Of a DNA stretch of 64,000 nucleotides, positions 22,874 to 32,111 are shown in pieces. The position numbers were made by a program, and so were the translations under genes. Positions within the stretch are counted from its first letter, which is position 1; every line of letters starts with the position of its first letter. Location of the stretch: the NCBI GenBank assembly GCA_963666205.1, contig OY762654.1, positions 2,688,001 to 2,752,000 of the forward strand, read 5' to 3'. Below the pieces are notes generated by a model. The model was not told the origin of the DNA, did no database searches, and saw only the letters and a list, made by a program, of their open reading frames with translations. Source of the stretch: Synergistales bacterium (GTDB taxonomy: Bacteria; Synergistota; Synergistia; Synergistales; JAFGMB01).

Positions 22874-23362
22874 TTACTTATCCCGATAGGATTCAAGTAT
22901 ACTGATAGCCTTGTCGGGAGTTAGCCTTCCGTGAACTTCATCCCCCACCATCATGACAGGTGCCAGGCTGCAGCATCCAAGACAGGCCACGTACTGTAAA
23001 GTGAACATGCCGTCAGAAGTTGTTTCTCCATCCTTGATTTTGAAATGCCTCTGTATCTGATCGCCTATCAGGGCCGAACCCTGAACATGGCATGCAGTCC
23101 CTCTGCAGACCCTGACTACATATTTCCCCTCCGGTTGCATCCGGAACATAGCATAAAAGGTCGCCACTCCAAAAAGTTCTGCTGCTGGAATATCAGCTTT
23201 TTCTGCAAGATAATCCACCGCTTCCTCTGCTACATAGCCTAGTTCTTTCTGAACATCTGCCAGCAGTGGAATTGTTACGCCCTTTTTGCCCCTGTATTTT
23301 TCAATAATAGGATCAAGGCGTTTAGACATGTTTTCGATGCCTTTAGCAGGCGAAGACGTCAT
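22874..23362 (-). CDS. NuoE/HydC-like [2Fe-2S] subunit (StnA-like)
   Basis: VATFY, VCRGTACH, ACLGCCSLAP motifs. Confidence 0.9.
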   Translation of the reverse strand: MTSSPAKGIENMSKRLDPIIEKYRGKKGVTIPLLADVQKELGYVAEEAVDYLAEKADIPAAELFGVATFYAMFRMQPEGKYVVRVCRGTACHVQGSALIGDQIQRHFKIKDGETTSDGMFTLQYVACLGCCSLAPVMMVGDEVHGRLTPDKAISILESYRDK

Positions 23363-23534
23363 TGAATGTCCCTCCTCTGGAATAGTAATTAGCGTGCGAT
23401 CATCCCCACTTCAAACTTTATTATTATAACTGCAAGCTGGTCATTGGCAAACTGACCTCAGGTACCATTTTATTGCGAGTTTTTTGGGCCAACTGGACAA
23501 AAATCTATAATTAAGTACTTCTGATATAATATTG

Positions 23535-23575
23535 TTGACATGATACGTTAAAATAAGTATATACCCATAAGGGTA
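23535..23575 (+). promoter_or_regulatory. Sigma70-type promoter overlapped by a TACCC-N4-GGGTA palindrome (CsoR/RcnR-like operator candidate)
   Basis: TTGACA 23535-40, 17-nt spacer, TATATA 23558-63; palindrome at 23562-75. Confidence 0.55.
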
Positions 23576-23597
23576 AAACAATTAAGGAGGGATTGCG

Positions 23598-23834
23598 ATG
23601 GATGTCAGAGTATTTTCAACTCCTACATGACCCTGGTGTACAAAGGTAAAGGATTACCTTATGAAAAAGGGAATACAGTTTGAATATATTGACGTAAGTG
23701 CCAACAGGGAAGCCGCAATGGAAATGGTCCGTAAAACAAAGCAGATGGGTGTCCCGGTAACTCAGATAGGTGAAGAGTTTGTCGTCGGTTATGATACTGC
23801 AAGGATAGATGAACTGCTTGCAAAAACAGAATAA
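23598..23834 (+). CDS. Glutaredoxin/NrdH-like redoxin, selenoprotein (UPWC), 78 aa
   Basis: AAGGAGG RBS; MDVRVFSTPT-TGA-PWCTKVKDYL...QMGVPVTQIGEEFVVGYD; in-frame TGA at 23628 occupies the first Cys position of CxxC; hairpin immediately downstream. Confidence 0.9.
23631..23681 (+). promoter_or_regulatory. Bacterial SECIS-like hairpin
   Basis: AAGGTAA-agga-TTACCTT perfect stem (23643-60), loop ~19 nt after the UGA; possible lower ccct/aggg pairing. Confidence 0.72.
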
Positions 23835-23906
23835 CACCGCAGCTGTTGTTCACTGATTATGTAGATCAGAAATTATGTTGTATCTATAATTAAAGCTGTT
23901 ATTACG

Positions 23907-23928
23907 GGCCCTTTTCAGGGCCTTTTTT
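23907..23928 (+). terminator. Intrinsic terminator after glutaredoxin
   Basis: ggccct-tttc-agggcc followed by T6. Confidence 0.65.
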
Positions 23929-23989
23929 ATCATGCTGTTACAATAGATATAGTTTCAATTTTCATAGTCTGGATCAGGGGGGGTAGATT

Positions 23990-25372
23990 ATGGATTTTTT
24001 AAAATTGGTGTATGGAGGTTCTACAGGGGTGGAATTTAAGGGGCCTGCAGTAGATCCTGTCGAATTGGAGAAACTTCAGAACAGGCTTGAGGAAGCTGAT
24101 AAATGGTTAAGACAAGGAATAGATAAAGGAAAGGACGGGTTTGGCTGGCTTCAACTTCCTTACCAGCAAACTGAGCATATATTTGAGTATGGTAATTGGC
24201 TTGGTAACTTTAAACATGTTATCCAGATAGGAATTGGCGGATCAGCTCTTGGTAATCTAATGCTCAGAAATGCTCTTGTTCATCCATATTACAATGAAAT
24301 TCCCTTGCAAAAAAGAAAGGGGCCGGCCTTTTATGTTGCAGATAACGTCGATCCCAATGGTAGTACGGCCATTCTAGACGTTGTAGATATCTCCCGAACG
24401 GCTCTTATTGTGGTCAGCAAGTCAGGTTCTACTGCTGAGACCATGGCAAACTTCCTGTATTTCTTCCATCAGTTGGAAATGGCAGTGGGAGCATCCATAG
24501 CTCCTGATCACGTCCTCGTTATAACCGATGAGTCCCGAGGTAGTCTGCGTGCCTTTGCAAAAGATACTGGCTGTAGAAGCCTTACCATACCATCTGGTGT
24601 AGGTGGACGTTATTCAGTTCTTTCTGCTGTCGGCCTGGTTTCAGCGGTTGCCATGGGAATTGATATTGAAAAGCTTCTTGAAGGGGCAGGAGAGGTTGAC
24701 GGGAAACTGAGATCACGGAAAGTGATTATGGATAATCCTGCCTGGATATTGTCTGCCCTTCATTACCTTCATTATCGAAAAGGAAGAAATATTGATGTCC
24801 TGATGCCTTATTCGGACAGACTTGAAGATTTTGTCGAATGGTATGCGCAGTTATGTGCAGAAAGTCTGGGTAAACAAGGACAGGGTTTTACTCCTGTAAG
24901 AGCTCTGGGAAGTATTGATCAGCACTCTCAGGTTCAGCTGTACACAGAAGGTCCGGATGATAAACTCTTCACTATTATAGAAGTAAAGAAAGCTGACAAT
25001 CCGATCTTCATACCCGGGGTGGATCAGCCAGCTCTGAAAGAATTATCATATCTTTATGAAAAAGAAATGGGACAGATGCTTTCCTTTGAAGCTATGGCTA
25101 CTGCGGCAGCCATATACAGATCCGGTAAACCTGTTTTATGGATAGAACTTGAAGAACTTTCACCCAGAACTCTTGGTGGAATGATATTCTTTTTCGAATA
25201 CGTAGTTGCACTTACAGGACGTCTTCTTGAGATCGATCCATTTGATCAGCCGGGGGTGGAACAGGGAAAGCGTTATACCTATGGGTTTATGGGTAGAAAA
25301 GGATACGGGGAACACCGTAGAGAAGCTGAAGATCTTTTCAATATGCTGCATCGGAATTCCATTGAACTCTAG
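23990..25372 (+). CDS. pgi: Glucose-6-phosphate isomerase
   Basis: GIGGSALG, SKSGSTAET, GGRYSV, ESLGK, DQHS, FDQPGVE motifs. Confidence 0.95.
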   Translation: MDFLKLVYGGSTGVEFKGPAVDPVELEKLQNRLEEADKWLRQGIDKGKDGFGWLQLPYQQTEHIFEYGNWLGNFKHVIQIGIGGSALGNLMLRNALVHPYYNEIPLQKRKGPAFYVADNVDPNGSTAILDVVDISRTALIVVSKSGSTAETMANFLYFFHQLEMAVGASIAPDHVLVITDESRGSLRAFAKDTGCRSLTIPSGVGGRYSVLSAVGLVSAVAMGIDIEKLLEGAGEVDGKLRSRKVIMDNPAWILSALHYLHYRKGRNIDVLMPYSDRLEDFVEWYAQLCAESLGKQGQGFTPVRALGSIDQHSQVQLYTEGPDDKLFTIIEVKKADNPIFIPGVDQPALKELSYLYEKEMGQMLSFEAMATAAAIYRSGKPVLWIELEELSPRTLGGMIFFFEYVVALTGRLLEIDPFDQPGVEQGKRYTYGFMGRKGYGEHRREAEDLFNMLHRNSIEL

Positions 25373-25397
25373 GTTTATGAATTTCTTAAAGCGGAAA

Positions 25398-25436
25398 CAG
25401 GCAGAGGAAAGGGGAATAATCCCTTTCCTCTGCCTG
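25398..25436. terminator. Long hairpin between convergent genes
   Basis: caggcagaggaaaggg...ccctttcctctgcctg 16-bp stem. Confidence 0.7.
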
Positions 25437-25459
25437 AGAGCTCATGTTTGATCTATGAC

Positions 25460-27205
25460 TTAAATGTGTTTGTCAACCTTGTCTGCGATTACGATTCCAG
25501 TGTTTGCCCCACCGTCCAGATATACTGAAAAAGAACCTGTGTAGATTCTTATTGAAGGATCTGGTCCTAGAGCATAGGGCTTATGATCAAAAAAACTTTC
25601 ATCAAATATGTTTCTGTCTTCGCCCTGGTAAACCGGCATATAAAGTATTTCATCGATCTCAAGATCTGTAAAGAAATGTGTTCCGAAAGAAAGTTCGGGC
25701 ATAAACCCTTCCTTGGGAATGCCAAGTTCGACGATACAACAGCAATTCGTTATTTCATCATATCTGACGGGCACTCCCAGAAGAGGATTACTTGACCCAA
25801 CCCTTCCAGGTGCGACCAGAATAAATTTCTTTTTCCCGAGATTGTAATTAACCTGTCCTATTCCTCTTGCAATATCACACCAGTTCTTGGCAACGCAGTA
25901 TAGCTTATGATCCACCATAACCAGGAAGGGAATATCTTTTTTCTGACCGTCCGTAACCATCCTGTCGGCTTTAAGAATAATGTTGGATGAAGTCATATCA
26001 GGCATAGGTGCTGATTGTAGAGAATCCCTGACCCATAGAGGTCTTGATTGAATAAGTTCGATCAGGTCCTCCGTAGGATGGTACGCGAACTCTACATCAG
26101 CAGGTACTCCCATAGATTCATCCAGGATCTTTAATACTTTTTTCATTCTGATGAAGAAATTCTTTGAACGATTGGCAAATTCTTCAAAGGTAAAACAGAT
26201 TTTTGAATCCCTGTCTATACAGAAACTACCCTTTCCCATCCTTCTGAAGTATCCGCCCTCAACGTCCGAGGTGTAGACTTGGGCATATTCGGGGAAACAG
26301 CTGTGAAAGGGAACAATATCCTTCCAGATGTCTTTGATATGAACTGTTACGAGATCCCGTTTTTCTCTATCAACAACCTGGAAATGTTCCTGGGAATGTC
26401 TCATGATATTAAAGGGATTTTGGCCCTCTGGTCTTAGACTGGGCATTGTAAGGGAGAAAGATCTGGCGTAACCTCTCTTAGTACTGGTGGTTCCCATCCC
26501 GAAAACCAGTCTGATTATACCGTCTTCAGGCTTGATCCTGGTTGTCCATCTTCTGTAGTATTTGGAAAATCCGACTCCGGCAAGGGTGGGGTAGTAATAC
26601 CTGCCCCGCCATTTTCCGGAAACTCTCATGACAATTATTCCCATCTGGTCCGTGCCAAGACTGTGCTTCTCGCGGTAGGCTACGGCTATGGGGAAATAAA
26701 CCCTGGAAAAGATCTTCTTCATCTCGTTCTCCACGAGTCTGACTCTTTCTTCAAGATCCTTTTCATCGTTTATCAGAAAGGTGGATAGGTACTTCCCGGC
26801 AAAAGAGTATTTAAGTGAATCTTCGAGGATACTGCTGCTTCTCACGACGATCGGATCTTTGATCCTGGTCAGGAATATCCTTAGAGAATTTGTTACGTAG
26901 ATAGGTAATTCAGTTTCCAGGAACCGGTTTTCAATTGTTTCCGGATCCCTTGTCACAAGTGAATCAAGATCTTCAATCTGGTTCAGGACATATTCATATA
27001 TGCTCACAGCAAAGAAAAGGGAAGGTGGGAATATGACCTTCGCTGCAAGTTCTTCATCTTGGTCCCACAGTTTCCTGATGCCATAAAGGAGAGATCTACC
27101 TTTGCCTCCGATATGACCTTCACCTACTATAAGAGGGGCGAATTGAGGGTCTTTCTGGGGATCCCAGGAAAAGTATTCCTGAACTGTCTTATCATTTACA
27201 GTCAT
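25460..27205 (-). CDS. PEP/pyruvate-binding (PPDK_N-like) domain protein
   Basis: IGGKG, VRSSSILED, FAGKY, DVEFA, QSRP, PELSFGTHFF motifs; ATG with AGGAG RBS at 27205. Confidence 0.8.
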   Translation of the reverse strand: MTVNDKTVQEYFSWDPQKDPQFAPLIVGEGHIGGKGRSLLYGIRKLWDQDEELAAKVIFPPSLFFAVSIYEYVLNQIEDLDSLVTRDPETIENRFLETELPIYVTNSLRIFLTRIKDPIVVRSSSILEDSLKYSFAGKYLSTFLINDEKDLEERVRLVENEMKKIFSRVYFPIAVAYREKHSLGTDQMGIIVMRVSGKWRGRYYYPTLAGVGFSKYYRRWTTRIKPEDGIIRLVFGMGTTSTKRGYARSFSLTMPSLRPEGQNPFNIMRHSQEHFQVVDREKRDLVTVHIKDIWKDIVPFHSCFPEYAQVYTSDVEGGYFRRMGKGSFCIDRDSKICFTFEEFANRSKNFFIRMKKVLKILDESMGVPADVEFAYHPTEDLIELIQSRPLWVRDSLQSAPMPDMTSSNIILKADRMVTDGQKKDIPFLVMVDHKLYCVAKNWCDIARGIGQVNYNLGKKKFILVAPGRVGSSNPLLGVPVRYDEITNCCCIVELGIPKEGFMPELSFGTHFFTDLEIDEILYMPVYQGEDRNIFDESFFDHKPYALGPDPSIRIYTGSFSVYLDGGANTGIVIADKVDKHI

Positions 27206-27356
27206 ATGATTTCTCCTAATCTTGGTATCTCTCTTATGACTTTCACGTTTATGCAAACCTCATATCGCATTGTATCCATCTGATACAGATATTCCTATTC
27301 TAGCAGAAATCACCAGGAACCTGATATTCTCTATGCTTTGTTTTAAACTCAATATT

Positions 27357-28109
27357 TCAATTGTTCCTGACCCATCTGTCTTCTGTATCAATTTTAGTGA
27401 AGGACTTGATGATTTTCTGCCTGATGTCCGGGATGTGATCTGAAAGTTTCGAAACCAGATCCTTTGTTCTGCTCCTTTCTGTTTTTCCGGAGTAGGGGCA
27501 TGGATTCTTTGCTATCGGGATTCCAAGCCGTTCAGTTTCATTCTGTATCAGCCTTTCTTCTATATAGATCATAGGTCTGATTACCCATATTTTCGACCGG
27601 CTTTGCCACAATTTGGGTTTGAAACATCGATATCTTCCTGTATGGAACAGATTCATCAGGGCCGTTTCTGATACATCGTCCAGATTATGGCCAAGAGCTA
27701 CGGAATCACAATTCCTTTCAACAGCTGTACTACAGATTATCCCCCTCCTGAAATTGGCACAAAGACTACAGGGAGATCTTTCGTCCCTGATATTTATGAT
27801 CTCCTCTATAGGATGGCATTTTACATGATAAGGGACACCTAGAGAAGAACAGAAAGCCTTCATACATGAGATATCCATTTTCCCGTTTGTCATATCCACA
27901 GTACATGCCTCAAGCTCGAACTTGACTGGACTTTTTTTCAGGATGTCTGTAAGGGCCAGAAGGAGGAACGCACTGTCCTTTCCTCCAGATAAACCAACCA
28001 TTATCCTGTCATTTGTCGATATCATATCGTAATCTCCAATGGCAGAACCTATCCCCTTTTTAACTTTTCGACTGATGTCAGGGTAAATTACTGAGGTTTT
28101 ATCTGACAA
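27357..28109 (-). CDS. ttcA: TtcA family tRNA 2-thiocytidine biosynthesis protein
   Basis: PP-loop SGGKDS, CSLC, GHNLDD, IRP motifs; start inferred from GGGAG RBS. Confidence 0.82.
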   Translation of the reverse strand: MSDKTSVIYPDISRKVKKGIGSAIGDYDMISTNDRIMVGLSGGKDSAFLLLALTDILKKSPVKFELEACTVDMTNGKMDISCMKAFCSSLGVPYHVKCHPIEEIINIRDERSPCSLCANFRRGIICSTAVERNCDSVALGHNLDDVSETALMNLFHTGRYRCFKPKLWQSRSKIWVIRPMIYIEERLIQNETERLGIPIAKNPCPYSGKTERSRTKDLVSKLSDHIPDIRQKIIKSFTKIDTEDRWVRNN

Positions 28110-28454
28110 AACAATACAACTCCCTGGCTTATAAAAAATTCTTGGGGCTGGTCTGAATCCCAAGATGCTGTATAATTAGGTCTAAAGACTCATTCTGGGT
28201 ACCAAGACCTATACAATAGAAGTGGGGGTTTTGGTGCCTGAATTACCCCCGACAGTATGAATATTAACATAAACATGCATTCTTTTCGTGCAAATCCGGA
28301 TGTAAGGTGAAAACGGGTTCTCTTCAGGCCAGAGTAATACAAAATGGATTCAGGATAATGTTCTCAGGTTGCGCTTTTGGAAAGTCAAACCATTTTAACT
28401 TCAGTCCATAATTTTCTTTATTGATATTGAAAGTGCTTGTGGAGGTGTTAAGTA

Positions 28455-29147
28455 ATGCAGCAGATTTCTCTTATAGTAGCGGATGATCATAAGCTGTTTC
28501 GGGATGGTATTAAAAAATTGCTTGAGCTTGAAGTAGATATCGAAGTAGTTGGAGAGGCTGCAGACGGGATCGAAACCCTGGAAATGGTTCGTAGTTTCTG
28601 TCCCGATATATTGCTTTTCGACGTAAACCTCCCGAGGCTTGATGGCCTGCAGGTCGTAAGGGAACTTAATAATCTTCAGAGTGAAGTGCGTTATGTTGCC
28701 ATAAGTGCATATGACGATGAAGATCGTCTTTCCGCCCTTTCGGCTGAAGGAGTACAGGGGTTTGTCCTTAAGGCATCCGGAAAAGTGGAGCTCCTCTCCG
28801 CCATACGTTCTGCCAGCCGTGGACAGAATTATGTTGACCCGAAGGTGGCCGGAAAACTTCTTACCTCCTTTTACAGGAGGAAAGAGGAAACAGATCAGCT
28901 TTATGAACTCACGCCAAGGGAAAAGGAGATCCTTTACTGGCTTTCCCAGGGTTTCAGTAATTCCGAAATAGCAAACAGGATGGTCCTTTCAGAAAAAACT
29001 GTCAAGAATCATGTAAGCCATGTCTTGAAAAAACTGGATCTTCGAGATCGTACTCAGGCTGCTATTATGGCCTGGAAAGTAGGTTTTGCCCAGCTCAATC
29101 CAGATTCTGTCCATAAAATCCTGGAGATCAGCCGGAAAACTGTCTGA
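28455..29147 (+). CDS. NarL/LuxR family response regulator
   Basis: REC domain (ADDH, D53-equivalent, VLK) and LTPRE...SEKTVKNHVS HTH. Confidence 0.93.
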   Translation: MQQISLIVADDHKLFRDGIKKLLELEVDIEVVGEAADGIETLEMVRSFCPDILLFDVNLPRLDGLQVVRELNNLQSEVRYVAISAYDDEDRLSALSAEGVQGFVLKASGKVELLSAIRSASRGQNYVDPKVAGKLLTSFYRRKEETDQLYELTPREKEILYWLSQGFSNSEIANRMVLSEKTVKNHVSHVLKKLDLRDRTQAAIMAWKVGFAQLNPDSVHKILEISRKTV

Positions 29148-29205
29148 TCCCTTTCACATATTTCCTTATGTGTACGGTAGAGTTCATTTAAGGAGGATAA
29201 ACCGT

Positions 29206-30258
29206 TTGTCTCTTCGAAAAGGGCTTGTTATATTTCTGCTATGTACTTTTGGTGTAAGTGCTTTTGTTCTTCTAACAAGCGTAGACAGAAGAACCCTTAC
29301 TCTTTTATTTGAGGCTGATAAAAGAGCATTGTTGATAGCCCTGATCCTTGTTGTTATGGCATGGTGTTGTGATGCATTAAGATTTTGCGCAGTTGCAAGG
29401 GCAGCTTCGGAGAGAATAAGTTTCAGACTCGGCCTGATCCTGACCTGGCTTCATTATTTTGGATGTGCAGTTACCCCCATGCAGACAGGAGGAGGCCCAT
29501 TCCAGATATATGTTCTCTACAAGGGAAAGATGCCCATTGGAAAAGGTGTTGCCATAACCCTGACCAGAACCCTTCTATCAATGCTTCTCCTAGGTCTTGT
29601 TGTTCCTTTAGCGGTTATACTCGAGCCGGAACTTCTAAGAGGACATCATATTCTTACCGGTTTTTTCTCATATGTGGTTATCTTTGTTCTTTTTTCCTGG
29701 ACTCTTGTTGTTATAAGCCTTTTAAGACCTCAGATTATTAAACGGTGGGGTCAGATAATTATCCTTCTCCTGAAAAGGATCGGTCTTGTCAAGCCCAGAT
29801 CGGTTCTGTTCATGATCCGAAGGATAAATCGTGAGATAGATAACTATAATATGAACTTCCGCTTGTTTTTCACTTCAGGGCGTTCTTTTTTTATCAAAGC
29901 AGTTCTTTTTTCTTTTCTGCATCTTTTATTCCTGTTCTCAGTTCTTCCTGTGCTGATATGGTCGGTCGGACTTGAATTCAACTATGTTCAGACTATTCTT
30001 GCCCAAGGTGTATTTATGTTCATTCTTTATTTTGTTCCAACCCCAGGTGCAAGTGGTTTTGCCGAAGCTGGCGGGGCAATAATTTTCAGCCTCCTGGTTC
30101 CCTGGAATATGGCAGGGATAATGGCTCTTGCCTGGAGATTCTTTACAGAATATCTTGCCATACTCATGGGTGCCATAGTAGCCGTAAGAATGCTTGGATG
30201 GGGAATGACAGAAGAAATATTCAGGAAAGACAGGGAGGATTTTGAAGCTGATGAATAA
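29206..30258 (+). CDS. Lysylphosphatidylglycerol synthase TM / flippase-like (UPF0104) membrane protein
   Basis: TPMQTGG, PTPGASG..E and WR motifs; TTG after AGGAGG. Confidence 0.82.
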   Translation: MSLRKGLVIFLLCTFGVSAFVLLTSVDRRTLTLLFEADKRALLIALILVVMAWCCDALRFCAVARAASERISFRLGLILTWLHYFGCAVTPMQTGGGPFQIYVLYKGKMPIGKGVAITLTRTLLSMLLLGLVVPLAVILEPELLRGHHILTGFFSYVVIFVLFSWTLVVISLLRPQIIKRWGQIIILLLKRIGLVKPRSVLFMIRRINREIDNYNMNFRLFFTSGRSFFIKAVLFSFLHLLFLFSVLPVLIWSVGLEFNYVQTILAQGVFMFILYFVPTPGASGFAEAGGAIIFSLLVPWNMAGIMALAWRFFTEYLAILMGAIVAVRMLGWGMTEEIFRKDREDFEADE

Positions 30259-30808
30259 CACAGGACAAAAGGTATTCCGGTTAAGGGGTGGAATATGGAC
30301 GATCTTTTTCATCGCAGTCCTGTTTCTGGCCAGGCCTTATGGAGCTAGATCATTGATAGGGTTACCCCTTGTAGTAATTGGCCAGGGGATAAGGCTCTGG
30401 GCTTCTGGATGCATAGTAAAATACAGGGGAGAAGAACTCCAGGCTTTACGGCTTACAACCTGGGGTCCTTATTCTATTGTCAGGAATCCCCTTTATATAG
30501 GTAATGGACTCATAGGTCTTGGATGGTCATTAATTGCCGGCTGGTCAGCTGTTATACTTTTTATTCTTATTTTTGGCCTTATGTATAACTACTATATTGT
30601 TCCTTCTGAAGAAGCCTTCCTCGAAAATAAATTCGGGGAAAGATATATAAATTACAGGAATAGAACTGGAAGATTTCTCCCTAAGGGATTTCCGGGTAAA
30701 AACATATATGGTCCCTTTGATCGTTCGATATTGTGGGAGAGCGAGAGGCACTCTATTGTAGTTACAGTTCTGGGGACGATCCTGATAATAAGCAGGTTGT
30801 GGTGGTAA
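30251..30808 (+). CDS. Isoprenylcysteine carboxylmethyltransferase/PEMT family membrane protein
   Basis: GPYSIVRNPLY and EEAFL..KFG..Y..Y motifs. Confidence 0.82.
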   Translation: MNNTGQKVFRLRGGIWTIFFIAVLFLARPYGARSLIGLPLVVIGQGIRLWASGCIVKYRGEELQALRLTTWGPYSIVRNPLYIGNGLIGLGWSLIAGWSAVILFILIFGLMYNYYIVPSEEAFLENKFGERYINYRNRTGRFLPKGFPGKNIYGPFDRSILWESERHSIVVTVLGTILIISRLWW

Positions 30809-30835
30809 AACAGTTATGGTAATCCATTTTCAGAG

Positions 30836-30865
30836 AAAGAGGAGGCGGATATCCGCCTCCTCTTT
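30836..30865. terminator. Bidirectional terminator (perfect 30-bp palindrome)
   Basis: aaagaggaggcggatatccgcctcctcttt between convergent genes. Confidence 0.8.
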
Positions 30866-32108
30866 AAAGTTTTGCCATATGGCCGCCATAAAGCCTCTGC
30901 CAGGTTTCATCGTAAACCTGTTTGGGTGGGACCTTGATCAGGGCAAGACCTTCCGTTATGGCTGCCTGGGCAACGGCTTCTGCTACACGTGGCGTTTCCT
31001 CATCACTGAATAATGCAGGTATTATCCTGTTTTCCGATAGCCTTCTCCTGTCCACTACACTAGCCAGGGCCTCGGCTGCTCTGAGCAGAACGTTATTATT
31101 AACTCCTCTTGCTCTTACATCCAGAAGCCCCCTTGAGATTCCCGGATAAGCGTGAAGGTTAGGCATTGCATTTATACATTCACTCAATCCGCATGCCACA
31201 ATTGTTGCTCCGGCAGCCTTAGCCTCTTCCGGCATGATCTCGGGTTCCGGAAGGGACAGAGCAAATACTATTGATCTTGAATTCATCTGTCTGATATGGT
31301 CTGTAGAGAATCTGCCTTTTCCGGAAAAACCTATTAGGACATCTGCTCCCTTTACTGCATCTTCAAGGTCACCTGATATTCCCTCCGGGTTTATCTTTAC
31401 AGACAGTTCTTCCTGGATGTAGTTCATCTTGGGATTCTGAGGACCGAGGATCCCCGAACTGTTAAGTGTGATTATATTTTGTGCTCCCGCGTAAAGCAGT
31501 AGCTCCGTCGTAGCAATACCCGCAGCGCCAGATCCGAAAATGACTATCTTGATGTCCTCCAGTTTTTTCCCGACAACCTCCAGCGCATTGATCAGGCCTG
31601 CCAGAACAACCACTGCCGATCCATGCTGGTCGTCACAGATAACTGGAATGTCAAGACTTTCCTGAAGTTTTCTTACCACTGTGAATGTTCTTGGGGTAAC
31701 AACGTCTTCGATATTTATAGCACCTACTGTCGGAGCAATAAGCCTGGCGGCACATATGATGTCGTCTGCCTTCTGGGAAGAGATACACAGGGGGAAAGCA
31801 TTCACATCACCAAAAATCTTGAAAAGTAGACATTTTCCCTCCATAACAGGCAATGCCGCATCAGGACCAATATTGCCCATGCCCAGAACAGCTGAACCGT
31901 CCGTTATAAGAGCAAGTCTGTTCCCTATTCCGGTGTATTCATAGGTCATGTTTTTATCGGCTATGATCTCGTTTGCGGCATGAATGCTTCCCGGTACATA
32001 CGCCATCGCAAGATCTTCCTCGTTGCGGATATTAATGGAGGGATAGATCTTTATCTTTCCCTTGGATCTCCGATGCATTTCCAGAGCTTTTAACCTGTCC
32101 ACTGTCAT
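30864..32108 (-). CDS. NAD(P)-dependent malic enzyme family protein (divergent)
   Basis: TDGSAVLGMG, PVMEGK, DDQHG, GSGAAG motifs. Confidence 0.85.
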   Translation of the reverse strand: MTVDRLKALEMHRRSKGKIKIYPSINIRNEEDLAMAYVPGSIHAANEIIADKNMTYEYTGIGNRLALITDGSAVLGMGNIGPDAALPVMEGKCLLFKIFGDVNAFPLCISSQKADDIICAARLIAPTVGAINIEDVVTPRTFTVVRKLQESLDIPVICDDQHGSAVVVLAGLINALEVVGKKLEDIKIVIFGSGAAGIATTELLLYAGAQNIITLNSSGILGPQNPKMNYIQEELSVKINPEGISGDLEDAVKGADVLIGFSGKGRFSTDHIRQMNSRSIVFALSLPEPEIMPEEAKAAGATIVACGLSECINAMPNLHAYPGISRGLLDVRARGVNNNVLLRAAEALASVVDRRRLSENRIIPALFSDEETPRVAEAVAQAAITEGLALIKVPPKQVYDETWQRLYGGHMAKL

Positions 32109-32111
32109 TAG

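Noticed and set aside
23616-23853. Minus-strand 73-aa and 64-aa ORFs
   Set aside because: Shadows of the plus-strand selenoglutaredoxin
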